Under the pieces are notes generated by a model. The model did no database searches, was not told the origin of the DNA, and saw only the letters and a program-made list of their open reading frames with translations. A program made the translations under genes and the position numbers. A DNA stretch of 64,000 nt from Camelus dromedarius. Lineage: Eukaryota. The DNA lies in NCBI RefSeq assembly GCF_036321535.1, contig NC_087436.1, forward strand, positions 47,308,001 through 47,372,000, read 5' to 3'. Shown in pieces: positions 12,790 through 24,802 of the stretch; within the stretch, counting starts at the first letter, position 1, and every line of letters starts with the position of its first letter.

Positions 12790-13760
12790 AAGGAAGGATG
12801 CCCCGAGGCCGGGCGCTTGGGGGCCGAATTGGAGCCACGTCTGCGTACGCGGTCCACCTTCCCCTCCCCGCGCTGCGCCCGCAGCGCCGCTTTCCAGCCC
12901 ATCCTCCTCCCCAGCCCCTCGGGCACTCCTTACCAGCTCTCAGCTGGTGCTCCAGACCTTCCCAGCTGAAGGCACTAGCTCCCGGGCCCGGGATCTGCCA
13001 GGGGACGGAGCCCGCTGCCGCAGCCACCACGGCCGAAGCCGCTGGAAAGTTTGCTGGGGGTCTCGTCTTCTCGCGCCTCGGCCCCACCAGGGAAGCAGCT
13101 CTCCCGGTCGCTCCCGCGGCTGCCGCCCCCGAGGCCGCTCTCGGCGGCGCTGCAGCACCGGCCGGGCTCGGGCGGCCGAGAACGGCTCCGAGCGCGCCGA
13201 GGGCGGGGTCTCCCCGCCCCGCTCAGCCCGCGGCGCGGCGCTCGGTGTTTACCGCGGCCCCGCGGCCCGCTCTCCCCGCCCGCCGCCCTGCGCGCTCCTG
13301 ACATCATTCATTCTCTCACACCCTTGCCCGCCCACTCCATTTCCAAACAGTGACTCACCCACCGGCCCGGTGGCGACGGCGGCCGCTCCCGCTGCTGTGG
13401 CTCTCCAGGCGCAGAGCGGAGCTCGAAAAACCGGTGCGACTTCTTAAGAAGAAAACCCCAGCCAACGCTTCCCTCTCGCAGCCGTTAAAGGTGCTGGGAA
13501 GGAGGGGCTTGGCAGGCAGGGCCGATCGGCTCAGGGTGGAAAGGCTGGAGCGGACCTCCCGAGTGGTGACAGAGATCAATCTGGGAAAGTTCTTTGCGTG
13601 CCACTCCCTGCAACTTTCAAGGGTGGGGCCCGGAAGGGATCCCCCACCCCCGCACCCCGCCTTATTCGGGAACTGCTTCCTGACGTAGGTGTGAGTGGGC
13701 TTGGGACAGTTATTCACAGGTTATTGCCCCGTCCTAGGTCGAAGAGGTGAGTTCCCAAAC
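12790..13760. promoter_or_regulatory. CpG island / promoter
   Basis: About 1 kb of very GC-rich sequence with abundant CpG in a CpG-depleted background. Motifs: ETS CCGGAAG (13630-13636), CACCC/GC boxes (~13642-13662), CRE-like TGACGT (13681-13686), forkhead GTAAACA on the minus strand (~13246-13252). Confidence 0.92.
13359..13425 (-). other. Probable non-coding first exon of an unidentified minus-strand gene; transcription start approximate
   Basis: Consensus donor TGG|GTGAGT on the minus strand (plus strand actcac 13353-13358) inside the CpG island. No ATG in the exon. The AT-rich element TTCTTAAGAA at 13441-13450 lies just upstream, and the island extends into the presumed intron 1. Confidence 0.6.
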
Positions 13761-15984
13761 CTCACAGGGTTGCCTGGCCGGGTTAGTCATGAATCCGCAC
13801 GATGGTAACTCTAGGCGTGAGCTGGAAGGGTGCTCCAACTTAATGAGGCTAATAATACTTTCCCTTCGGTGACTAACCACCATGTCATTTGTCCTGTTAA
13901 TTGATTTGCTTCTCATTAAGGATAAAAAACAGTCACCAAAATAAACAGTGAAAGAGTAGTTCTTTGCTCAACGGAACACTGCTTTTCCGCAGCTTTTGAA
14001 ACACAAGGCTGCCGTGTGTGGTTTCTTTGATGAGCTCAGCACTTACGTTTTTTTAGAAAGGGTGTTGCCCTCTTTAAAATGGTCAAGGCTCTATATTTCA
14101 TGGAGTTGCTATTCATACACCTGCTGGGCAGTATTCAAAGTAAATGATGGCACCCTCAGATTCTAACTAGAATGAATCGGAGGGAATTTGGCCACATCTT
14201 CATTGAAATTAATTGACAAATATATTTTATGTTAATTTCTACTTTAAGACCGGGTAATTATGTCTAGAATTTGCACTGGCTTATCCATATAAGCAACAAA
14301 AATAATCCAGAGTCATCTCTGGGTGCCCAGCGCAGAAATCATGGAGGTAAACAATCCTCTGTTTATGGTAATTAAACATGTCGGTAACGATAAAAACGGG
14401 ACAGTCCGGAGACTGTAAGATGTTGTCACTACAGAAGTTTTCCCCAAATGAAAATGGTCCTGAAAGTAACCAAAGGTTTAACAGCATTCAATTTCAAGCT
14501 ACAGAAAGGTAAGAACCCAAAAGAGAACACCAACAATCGAAATTTATTTTCCTTGGGTTTGTTTTACGTTTGCAATAGGAGTTCATTTTCAGTTTTACAA
14601 AGCCCAGGCATTTTGCCCAGAAGGCAATAGCAAATGGACTGGTTTGCTAGGATGCCGTCAAAGCAAATGGAAATTCAAACCAACAGTTTTTATAGACAAC
14701 AACAGATCTAATCAGAGGCTAGGGGGTCCTGTCCATTGGTGACATGTAAGTACGAGATTCAACTGTGTATCCACAGGCAAGTTTGAGTAAATATCACACC
14801 TACTCCCTACTTTATAACCCAGATGTTGAGATATTATGAAGGTATGTTTAAATAAGATTTTCTACCGATCTTAAAAACTGATATTGTGGTCTTTGGGGCC
14901 CATGGACATGGATGAAGTCAAAAAGCTCAAAAGAAGGCCTGCCATCCTGTTTGCCTTGTTCCTGATGTAAATCCTGCAGCTCCGTTGGAGGAAGATCACC
15001 GGCTGTATAGGAGGCTGTTTAATGTTTGAATTTGCAGTTACTATCGTGTCTCAGTTTAAATATTGTGAAATGAATGATTAAATGATTTTTTATTAAACCG
15101 CTTAAATATTCTCCAGTAAAAAAACCATGAAGTTTTCCCACTCTAGTCACTGCCAATATGAGAAGCAAATTATTTGTCTTAATTTCCATGTTTGAAAAAC
15201 ATCTATTGACTTGTCCATTTCACAGAGAGAGATGATTTCTTCTTCTCTTTTTTTTTTTAACTGAATCTTTTTGTTCTTACAACATATCAAAGTTTACTAA
15301 GTCCCTGATTAGTCACCTACCAAAAATAATAATGCTGAATGGTCTAAGGGAGGGAAAGGGCTGACATGTGTGTTTCTGTCGTTTTTTTTTTTTTTTTTTC
15401 CTAACTTAGTACATACTGTAAATCGAGTTTTACAGATATTTCTTTGGTATTATAAATCATACTGATTAAGTTAGGAAAACATATATCTGTAGTACTTATC
15501 TGCTCTATAATAACTTGTACTCTGGAAGTACCTAAGTCATTGACTGAACCAACAAATTTTTTTTGAGTTACCACTTTGTGCCCACATTGTTTATCTCAGA
15601 ATCACCATGTGCATCTTCTAAACATATGTCTCCTATTTCAGCAATGGGGAATTTTGCTTAAAAAAATTGCATAAGGATGTCTATTGTAGTGCTATTTATA
15701 ATTTTCCCAGGATCCAGTGCCTGGCATGTAATTATTCAGTGAGTGAAATAAAAGAATGAACAAGTCTTAAAGAACAAATTAAAAGTGAAGTAACTCCATG
15801 TTGAGATACTATACAGGCAATAAAAAAAAATTAGTTCCATAGACTTGAACTTAGAAAACTGTCCTTATAAAGTGAAAAATGTAAGATGGGAAATACAGTC
15901 ACACACACATAGACACATGACATTTTTATGATTCAAACACACCTCCTCCCCCAAAATCCAGAACCAAATTCTTGCAATGAGATA

Positions 15985-16285
15985 TAGTCAGCTCTCTGTA
16001 TCTGCAGATTCTGCACCCCTGGATTCAACTAACTGCAGATAGAAAGTATTAAGAAAAAGATTCCAGAAAGTTCCAAAAAGCAAATACTGAATTCACAGCA
16101 CCAGCAATTATTTACATAGCAATTACAGTGCATTAAATATCATAAGTAATCTAGAGATGATTTAAAGTCTATGGGAGGGTGGGCATAGGGTATATACAAA
16201 TACTTCTCCATTTTATATAAGGGATTTGAACATCCATGGATTTCCCTATCTCCCAGAATCATGGAACCAATTCCAGGCAACTGTA
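15985..16285 (-). mobile_element. TcMar-Tigger MITE (MER2-like)
   Basis: agtcagctctctgtatctgcagattctgcacccctggattcaact...taagtaatctagagatgatttaaagt...ccattttatataagggatttgaacatccatgg...caactg, flanked by TA. Confidence 0.85.
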
Positions 16286-16539
16286 TAGAAGGGAAGAATG
16301 TGAGGGGGAAACTGGTATTTCTGGACTATTTTTCAATGAGCCTGTATTACTTTTGAAATTAAAAACAACAACACAGGCAGTATTAGAACTCAGATGAATC
16401 CATGGCATAACAGAGTTTACTGTCTAGCTGGAAAGATAGTAACACCCAGAACAACTAGAGATTAAGGCTTCTTATCCTCTGGATTTGGGGTTTCAGATAC
16501 TCACCCTGTGCCAGGCCCATCCAAAGTGCAAACATCTAC

Positions 16540-16780
16540 CACTTACCATGTACATACTGTATGCCAGGGACTATACCAATTGTTTCATATCTCTATTATC
16601 TCATTTAATCCTTTCAGCAACAGTCTGAGGTAGACTCCTAATGCCCTCCTCTACATATGAGGTAACCAAAGGCAAGAGAGATTGTCGTCTTCCAGAGATC
16701 ACATTCAAATAAGTGACATCATAGGGGCTTAAAACCAGGGTCTTCTGGCACCAAAGTTCATGCTTTGGGCCACAATTCCT
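16540..16780 (-). mobile_element. MIR SINE
   Basis: tactgtatgccagg...tatctcatttaatcctt...gaggtaaccaaaggc...agagatcaca. Confidence 0.75.
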
Positions 16781-17802
16781 TAAATTGCATCTACACTGAT
16801 ACAACTCTTTTGATATAACAACACTCTACTTTGGTTTTTAAAACATGTTTTACACTTTATCAAAAAATATAAAGTAATACTACTATATAGAGAGCAATTG
16901 GAAAATGAAGAAAAAAATATAACCACTGTTTAACATTTTGATGTCTGGTCTCCTTCCCTTAGATTTCTGTTGTTTAAGATCATTTCAACAACGTCAGGCA
17001 AATGATTCTTATTCTAATTTTTAAAAATTTATCATAATATCAGATGCTCTTTCCTCAAAATTATCATTTTAGAGGCTGCATGGTGTGCCCCCCCCCCCCC
17101 CAATGTGCTTGTGCATGTATGTGTGTGCATTGAACTTAGTCTCTCTGAAATCTGGGAGCCTAGTTCTTGATTGGGGAGTAATTTAGTTTAATATTTTCAC
17201 ATTCTCTGTTAATGAAGACCATTGGGCTATCTTTTTTTAGTTAGTACTACTATACTATATGTACAAATATTCTATATTAGATGAAAGTGTTTTGGGTATT
17301 CAGAAAAGTAAATGAAATGTACTATTTGCCACATTTTGCTAACATTACTGGCCATGTTATTTCTGGATAGAGGAAAATGGAGAGGGTGCAGGGAGAGTAA
17401 TAAGCAGTTCTGCAGCAGTCCAGGTGTGAAATGGCAGTGATCTGCATTAGGAGAGTTGTGATGGGAACGTAGGAATTAGAGCAGATTTGAAGTATAATGG
17501 ACAGAACCTGCAGATCAATTGGATATGGGGATGGGGCCAAAGATGACTCTTGCTTTTTTTGTTTACTTGAGCACTTCGGTGGATGGTAGTGCCCTTTACC
17601 AAGACAGGGAATGCCAAGATAAGAACATGTTTATGAAAGATGATCATGAATTTTATTTAAACATACTGACTTTGAGATATGAGATATATAACTGGAGATG
17701 TCAAGTGGGCAGCTGACAATAGTAGCCAGGGACTCAGAAAAGAGCCAAGGAACTGGATATATACATTTGAGAATAGTCAACATATAGATAAGAAAGCCTT
17801 AG

Positions 17803-20800
17803 GAGAGCTTGGCCAAGATGGTAGAGTAGGAAGACTCTGAGCTTACCTCCTCTCACAGGCACACCAAAATTACAGATATTTAGAGAGCAACTATTGATGA
17901 GAAAGACCAGATTCTACCAGAAAAGATCTCCTGTAACTAGAGATATAAAGAAGAAACCACAAAGAGATGGGTAGGAGGGGTGGAGTCACGATTTAGACAA
18001 GACCCGTACACCCAGGTGGGTGACACACCAGCCCCGGGATCTCTTAGACCCTGACCCCCACCCAGAAGTGAGCAGACACTGTAGCCTACCTTGTCAGGAC
18101 CTAGCCAACACACCAGTTCTGGGAATCCCCCGGTACTGGCCATGCCCACCAGCTCCGGGACACCTTGGGATACCAGTAGCCCCAGAATCTAGCCCCACCC
18201 ACCAGCAGAATGACACCAGCTTTGGTCCCCCCAGGGCTCTGCAGCTAGAGACACCAGGACCTGGCTCCACACACCAGTGAGCCAGCACTAGTCCTGGGAC
18301 CCTCCTGAGTCCTGGGCCCACCCATCAGCAGGCTAACACCAGCTCAGAGATACTTGGACTCCTCAACCAACCTGGGCTCCAACCCCATCCACCACAGGCC
18401 AGCACCAGCTTTGGAAACCCCAGAACCTGCAGTAAGTTGTGTCAAGAACTGGTCTCATCCACCAGCAGGCCAATACTATTTCTGGGAAGGCCAGCCCCAC
18501 AACTACCTACCACAGAACCTGGCTCTGCTCACTGTGTGCAGCACTAGTCCTGGGACAGCCCAGGTTTCTGCAGCCAGCTGCCTCATGACCTGGCTCTGTC
18601 AACTAGTGGCTATCAGCCTCCACACAAGTCAAGGCCAGCAACCAACCAGACTGGGGAGCCAGCCACGCCCATGAAACCACTCATAGTAATCAGCTCATCA
18701 CAACAGAAGAACTATGCAGTGTAACTTAGGGAATACCCCTAGAGCATGTAGCTCTGGTAACCAGAGGGGAGTGCACTATGAGGATGCATAGAATATCTCC
18801 TACAAACAGCCACTACTCCAATGTCTGGAAATGTAACCAACCTACCAGATACATAGAAATAAAACAGTAACTTGGACAAATGAGGTGACAGAGGACAATG
18901 TTTCAAGATAAAACCCCAGAAGAAGAACTAAGTGAAATGGAGATAGGCAACCTACCTGATAAAGAGTTCAAGGTAATGACTGTAAAGATGATCAAAGAAT
19001 TCAGGAGAAAAATGGGTGAACAGAGTGAAAAATTAGAAGCTTTTTAACAAAGAGTTAGAAAATAAAAAGAAGAACCAGAGATGGAGAATACAATAACTGA
19101 AAAGAAAAATGCACTGGAAGGAATCAACAGTAAGTTAAAGAAGAAGAACTGGAGATGAAGAATGCAATAACTGAAATGAAAAATATACTACATGGAATCA
19201 GCAGTTGATTAAATGATACAGAGGAATGGATTAGTGTGCTGGAAAACAGAGTTGTGGAAATCACTGTTACTGAACAGAAAAAAAGGAAAAAGAATAAAAG
19301 GAAATAAGGACAGTTTAAGAGACTTCTGGGACATCAAGCATACTAACACTTGTATTATAGGGGTCCTAGAAAGAGGAGAGAGAGAAAGACGCTGAGAACA
19401 TATTCGAAGACATAATGGCTGAAAACTTCCCTAACCTGAGATAGGAAACAGAAATCCAGATTTAGGAAGCACAGGGAGTCCAAAACAGGATCAATCCAAG
19501 GAGGAACATACAAAGATAATTTGTAATTAAGATGGCAAAAATTAAAGATAAAGAGAGACTGTTAAAAGCAGCAAGGGAAAATTAGTAAGTTACATACACA
19601 GGAACTCCTATCAGGCTATCAGCTGACTTTACAGCAGAAATGCTTCAGGCCAGAAAGAGGAGAACAATATATTTAAAGTGATGAAAGGGAAAAACCTACA
19701 GCCAAGAATAATCCACTGAGTAAGACTTTCATTTAGATTTGATGGAAAGATCAAACGTTTTGTAGATAAGCAAAAGCTAAGAGTTCAGCACCACCAAACT
19801 AGCTTTATAAGAAATATTAAAGGGACTTCTCTAAGTGAAAAAGAAAAGGCCACAACTAGAAATATGAAAATTACAAATACAAAAAGCTCATTGTAAAGGC
19901 AAATATATGGTCAAGGTAGTAAATCAACCACGTACAAAGCTAGCAGGAAGATTAAAAGACAAAAGTGTAAAATTGTTTATATCTGCAATAAGTAGTTCAG
20001 GGATACAAAAAACAAAAGGATGTAAAATATGATGTCAATAACAGTAATCATGCTAGGAAGAGAGTAAAAATGCAGGGTTGTTAAAATGCACTTGAAATTA
20101 AGAGATCAGCAACTTAAAATTATCATGTATATATAGATTGCTATATATAAACCTCACGGTGACCATGAACCAAAACCAAATGTAGAGACATAAAAAGTAA
20201 AGAGAAAGGAATTCAAACATAACACTAAAGAAAGCCATCAAATCATAAATGAAGAGAGCAAGAGAATAGGAAAGAGAAGAAGTACAAAAACAACCAGAAA
20301 ACAATTAACTAAATTGCATTAACTAAGTACAACCTATCAATAATCACTTTAAATGTAAATAGACTTGATGCTCTAGTCAAAAGACATAGGGTGGCTGAAT
20401 GGATTAAAAAAAAACATAAGACCCATTTACATGTTGCCTACAAGAGGCTCACTTTAGATCTAAAGATGCACACAGACAGAAAATGAGGGGATGGGAAAAG
20501 ATATTCCATGCAAATGGAAATCAAAAGGAAGCCAGGGGAACCATACTTATTTCAGACAAAATAGACTTTTAAACGATACTTATTTCAGACAAAATAAACT
20601 TTTAAACAAAGACTATAACAAGAGACAAAGACATTACATAATGATCAAGGGATGAATCCAAGAGGAGAACACAATAATTGTAAATATATATAATTAAACA
20701 CAGGAGCACCTGAATACATAAAGCAAATATTAACAGGAATAAAGGGAGAAATGGACGGCAACACAATAATAGGAAGGGAAGTTAACACCCCACTTACATC

Positions 20801-23482
20801 AACAGATAGATTATCCAGACAGAAAATCAATAAGGAAACATTGGTCTTACATGACACATTAAACCAAATAGATATGATATAATATAAATAAATATAAACT
20901 TATTTGATAAGACCAGCATCACCCTGATAGCAGACAAAGATACAAAAAAAAAAAAAATAGAAAATTACAGGCCAATATCACTAATGTATATAGATGTAAA
21001 AATCCCCAAGAAAATACAAGCAAACTTACTCCAACAATTCATTAAAAGGATCATACACTAGGATCAACTGGGATTTATCCCAGGGATGCAAGCGTTTTTC
21101 AAGATCTGCAAATCAATCAGTGCAATACACCACATTAACAAACTGAAGAATAAAAATCATATAATCATCTTAATAGATGTAGAAAAAGCTTTTGACAAAA
21201 TTCTACAACCACTTATGATAAAAACTCTACACAAAGTGGGTATAAAGGGAACATACCTCAACATAATAAAGGCCACATATGATAAGCCAATAGACAACAT
21301 CATACTCAATGGTGAAATGTTGAAAGCATTTCCTCTAAAATCAGGAACAAGACAAGAATGACAACTCTTGCTATTTTAATCAACATAGTATTGGAAGTCC
21401 TAGTCACAGCAATCAGATAAGAAAAAATACATAAAAGAAATCCAAATTGGAAAGGAAGAAGTAAAACTGTCACTGTTTGCAGATGACATGATACTATACA
21501 TAGAAAATCCTCAAGAAACTACTAGCCATCAAAAAACCACTAGAGCTCATCAATGAATTCAGTAAAGCTGCAGGACACAAAATTAATATACAGAAATCTG
21601 TTGCATTTCTAACATTAACAGCAAACTATCAGAAAGAAAAATTAAGGAAACAATCCCATATACCATCGCATCAAAAAGAATAAAATGCCTAGGAATAAAC
21701 CTACCTAAGGATGTAAAAGACCTGTACTAGGAAAACTATGAGACTGATGAAAGAAACTGAAGATAACACAAACAGATGGAAAGATATACTGTGTTCTTGG
21801 ATTGGAAGAATTAATTTTGTTAAAATGACAATATTCCGAAGGCAATCTGCAGATTCAATGCAACCCCTATCAAAATGCCAATGGCATTTTTCAGAAGTCT
21901 AGAATAAATTATCTTAAAATTTGTATGGAAATACAAAAAACCCCGAATATCCAAAACAATCTTGAGAAAGAAAAACAGCTGGAGGAATTACACGTCCTGA
22001 CTTCAGACCATACTACAAACTACACTAATCAGAGCAGTATGGTAGTGGTACAAAAATAGACATATAGACTAATGAAGCAGAATAGAGAGCACAGAAAGAA
22101 ACCCACACACTTACGGTCAATTAATCTAAGACAAAGGCGGGAAAATATATAATGGAGGAAGGAATTTCTTCAAAAAGTGACACTGGGAAAACTGGACAGC
22201 TGCATGTAAAAGAATGAAATTAGAATATTTTCTCACAGCATATATAAAAATAAACTCAAAATGGATTAAAGACCTAAATGTAAGACCAGGAACCACAAAA
22301 TGCCTAGAGGAAAACATAGGCAGAACATTCTTTTTCATAAATGGTAGCAATAGTTTTTTTTGATCTGTCACCTAAAGGAAATGAAACAAAAGCAAAAGTA
22401 AACAAATGGGACCTACTTAACATTAAAGCTTTTGCACAGCAAAGGAAACAATTGACAAAACCAAAGGACAACTTACTGAATGGGAGAAAATATTTGAAAA
22501 TATTTTGGGGGGTTAATATCCAAATTATCTAAGCAGCTCATAGTACTTAATATCAAAAAAACAAACAACCCAATTAAAAAATGGGCAGAAGACCTGAACA
22601 GACATTTTTCCGAAGAAGATATACATATGCTCAACAGGCACATGAAACAATTCTCAAAATCACTAATCATTTGAGAAATGCAAATTGAAACCACAGTGAA
22701 ATATCACCTCAGAATGGCTATGGTCAGAAAGATCATACATAACAAACGTTCGTGAGGATGTGGAGAAAAAGGACACTGTTGGTAGGAATGTAAATTGGCG
22801 CAGCCACTGTGGAAAATAGTATGAAGGATTCCTAAAAAACTAAAAATGGAACTACTATATGATCCAGCAATTTCACTCCTGGGCATATATCTGAAGAAAA
22901 TGAAAACATTAATTTTAAATGATACATGCACCTCAGTGTTCATAGAAGACTCATTTACAATAGCCAAGATAATGGAAACAACTTAAGTGTCCATCAACAG
23001 ACAAAGGGATAAAGAAGATATGATGTACATATACAATGTGATACCACTCAGCTATAAAAAGGAATGAACTTTAGCCATTTACAACATGGCTGGCCATGGA
23101 GAGTATTATGCTTAGTAAAACAAGATGGACAGAGAGAGACAAATACTATGTTATCACTTATATGTAGAATCTAAAAATAAAGCAAACTAATGAATATAAC
23201 AAAACGGAAACAGTGTCAGAGATACAGAGAACAAACTAGTGGTTACCAGTGGGGAGAAGGGAGGGAGAGGGACAAGATAGGAATAGGGGATTAAAAGACA
23301 CAAACTACTGTGTATAAAATAAATAAGCAACAAGGGTATATTATACAGCACAGGGAATATACAGCACAGCCAATATTTTATAATAACTATATATGGGGTA
23401 TAATCTATAAAAATAGTGAATCAGTATGTTGTACACCTGAGACTAATACAATATTATAAATCAATTATACCTCAATTTAAAA
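17803..23482 (+). mobile_element. Near-full-length degenerate LINE-1: 5' UTR, ORF1 ~18880-19835, ORF2 ~20320-23020 with internal deletion, 3' UTR
   Basis: 5' start gagagcttggccaagatgg. Endonuclease (EN) start ataatcactttaaatgtaaat. RT peptide in ORF 21086-21361 ([26 protein letters not shown]...[10 protein letters not shown]) and FADDM codons at ~21476. TSD aagaaagccttag (17790-17802) / aagcaagccatag (23483-23495). Many stops and frameshifts. Confidence 0.95.
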
Positions 23483-24270
23483 AAGCAAGCCATAGTTAAA
23501 AATGAGATGGCCTGGAAAGAGAGTACAGAGTGAAAAGAAGAGACGTCCAAGAGAGAGCCCTATATTATAGGTTTGATGAGAAGAACACTGCAGATGATGC
23601 TGCAAATACATAACTAGAGCAATAGGAAGAACACCAGGAGAGTGTAGTATCCAGGAAAACAAGGAAAGACTTTTTGAGAAAGGTGGAATGGCTATCCATA
23701 CCAAATACTCCTGAGAGAGCAGGTCAAATAAAGATGTAAAAATCCACTGGACTTGGTAACATAGAGGTCTTTGTTAGCCTTAATGGGAGGGAGTCTGGTT
23801 ATGCTCTGATGCGAAGGAATCCTGGTTGACTGGGAGGGAGGAGCAGCTGGGTTCCTAGAGGGCTGATCTATAAGGGGTGCTAAAGTGTTACCAGAATAAA
23901 TTTGTAAAATACAATTCAGGGTTGGTGGGAAGTAAGGACTGACTAGTAAGTACAGGGCTTCTTTTGGGGATGATGAAAATGTTCTACAACTGGCTGAATG
24001 GTAGTGGGAAGGAATCAGTAGAAGGGATGAGGAGAGAGACAATGGGGAGGATGATCAACAGAGATAGCTCAGGAGACATCAAGGGGAGATGGCAGAATAC
24101 AGGTGGAAGGAATGGCCGGAGAGATGAGAAAGAACAGGTAATTGGATACAACAAGAGGGAAAAAGGAAAAAAGAGAAGCATGGGAGTGATGCAGTTATGT
24201 GTGTGGACTGCTGGTAGAATGCTGAAATCACTCCTTTCAATGCTTCCGTTTTTCTGTGTGTTAGGAGGGG

Positions 24271-24802
24271 TGTATTAGTTTTCCACTGTTGCTGCAACAA
24301 ATGATCACAAACTTACTGCTCACAGTTCTGCGGGTCTGCTGGTTTCTCATCTCCAGGTTTCAGGAGGCTGAAACCAGGGTGCAGCTAGCTGGGCTCTTAT
24401 CGGCAGGCTCGGACATGCTTCCAAACTCCTTCAGGTTCTTAGCAGAATCTAGTTCTTTCCAGTTGCAGAACCAAGGTTTCTATTTCCCCGCCAGCTGTCA
24501 GCAGCAGAGGCATCTGTTCCAGAGCCAGCAACGCCATGTTGAATCCTTCTCACAATCAGGAGCTTTCTGACTTCTTCGACTGCCACATCTGTTTGCCTCA
24601 GCTGGAGAGAGTTCTCTGTTTTTAAAGACTCATGTGATTAAATTGAGCCCCCCTGGATCATTCAGGATACTCTATTGTAAAGCCCATCCATAGTCTTAAT
24701 TACATTTGCAAATTCCCTTTTGCCACGTAATGTAACATACTCACAGTTTCCAGGGATTAGGGCATGGACATCTTTGGGGGGGGCTCCATTCTGCTGACCA
24801 CA
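24271..24802 (-). mobile_element. ERVL-MaLR solo LTR (MLT1D/E-like) inserted in L2
   Basis: tgtattagttttccactgttgctgcaacaaat...tttgccacgtaatgtaacatactcacagtttccagggattagggcatggacatctttggggg...ctgaccaca with TG...CA termini. Confidence 0.85.

Noticed and set aside
13359..13450. Assigning a gene symbol to the minus-strand first exon
   Set aside because: No coding sequence lies in the window and I cannot recognise the UTR reliably. A BLAST search is needed.
12652..13717. Overlapping 100-167 aa ORFs in the CpG island
   Set aside because: Ala/Pro/Arg/Gly-rich frames open on both strands are expected from GC content. I recognise no domain.
21086..21361. Functional reverse transcriptase gene
   Set aside because: Fragment of a degenerate L1 ORF2 with flanking stops, frameshifts and a large deletion.
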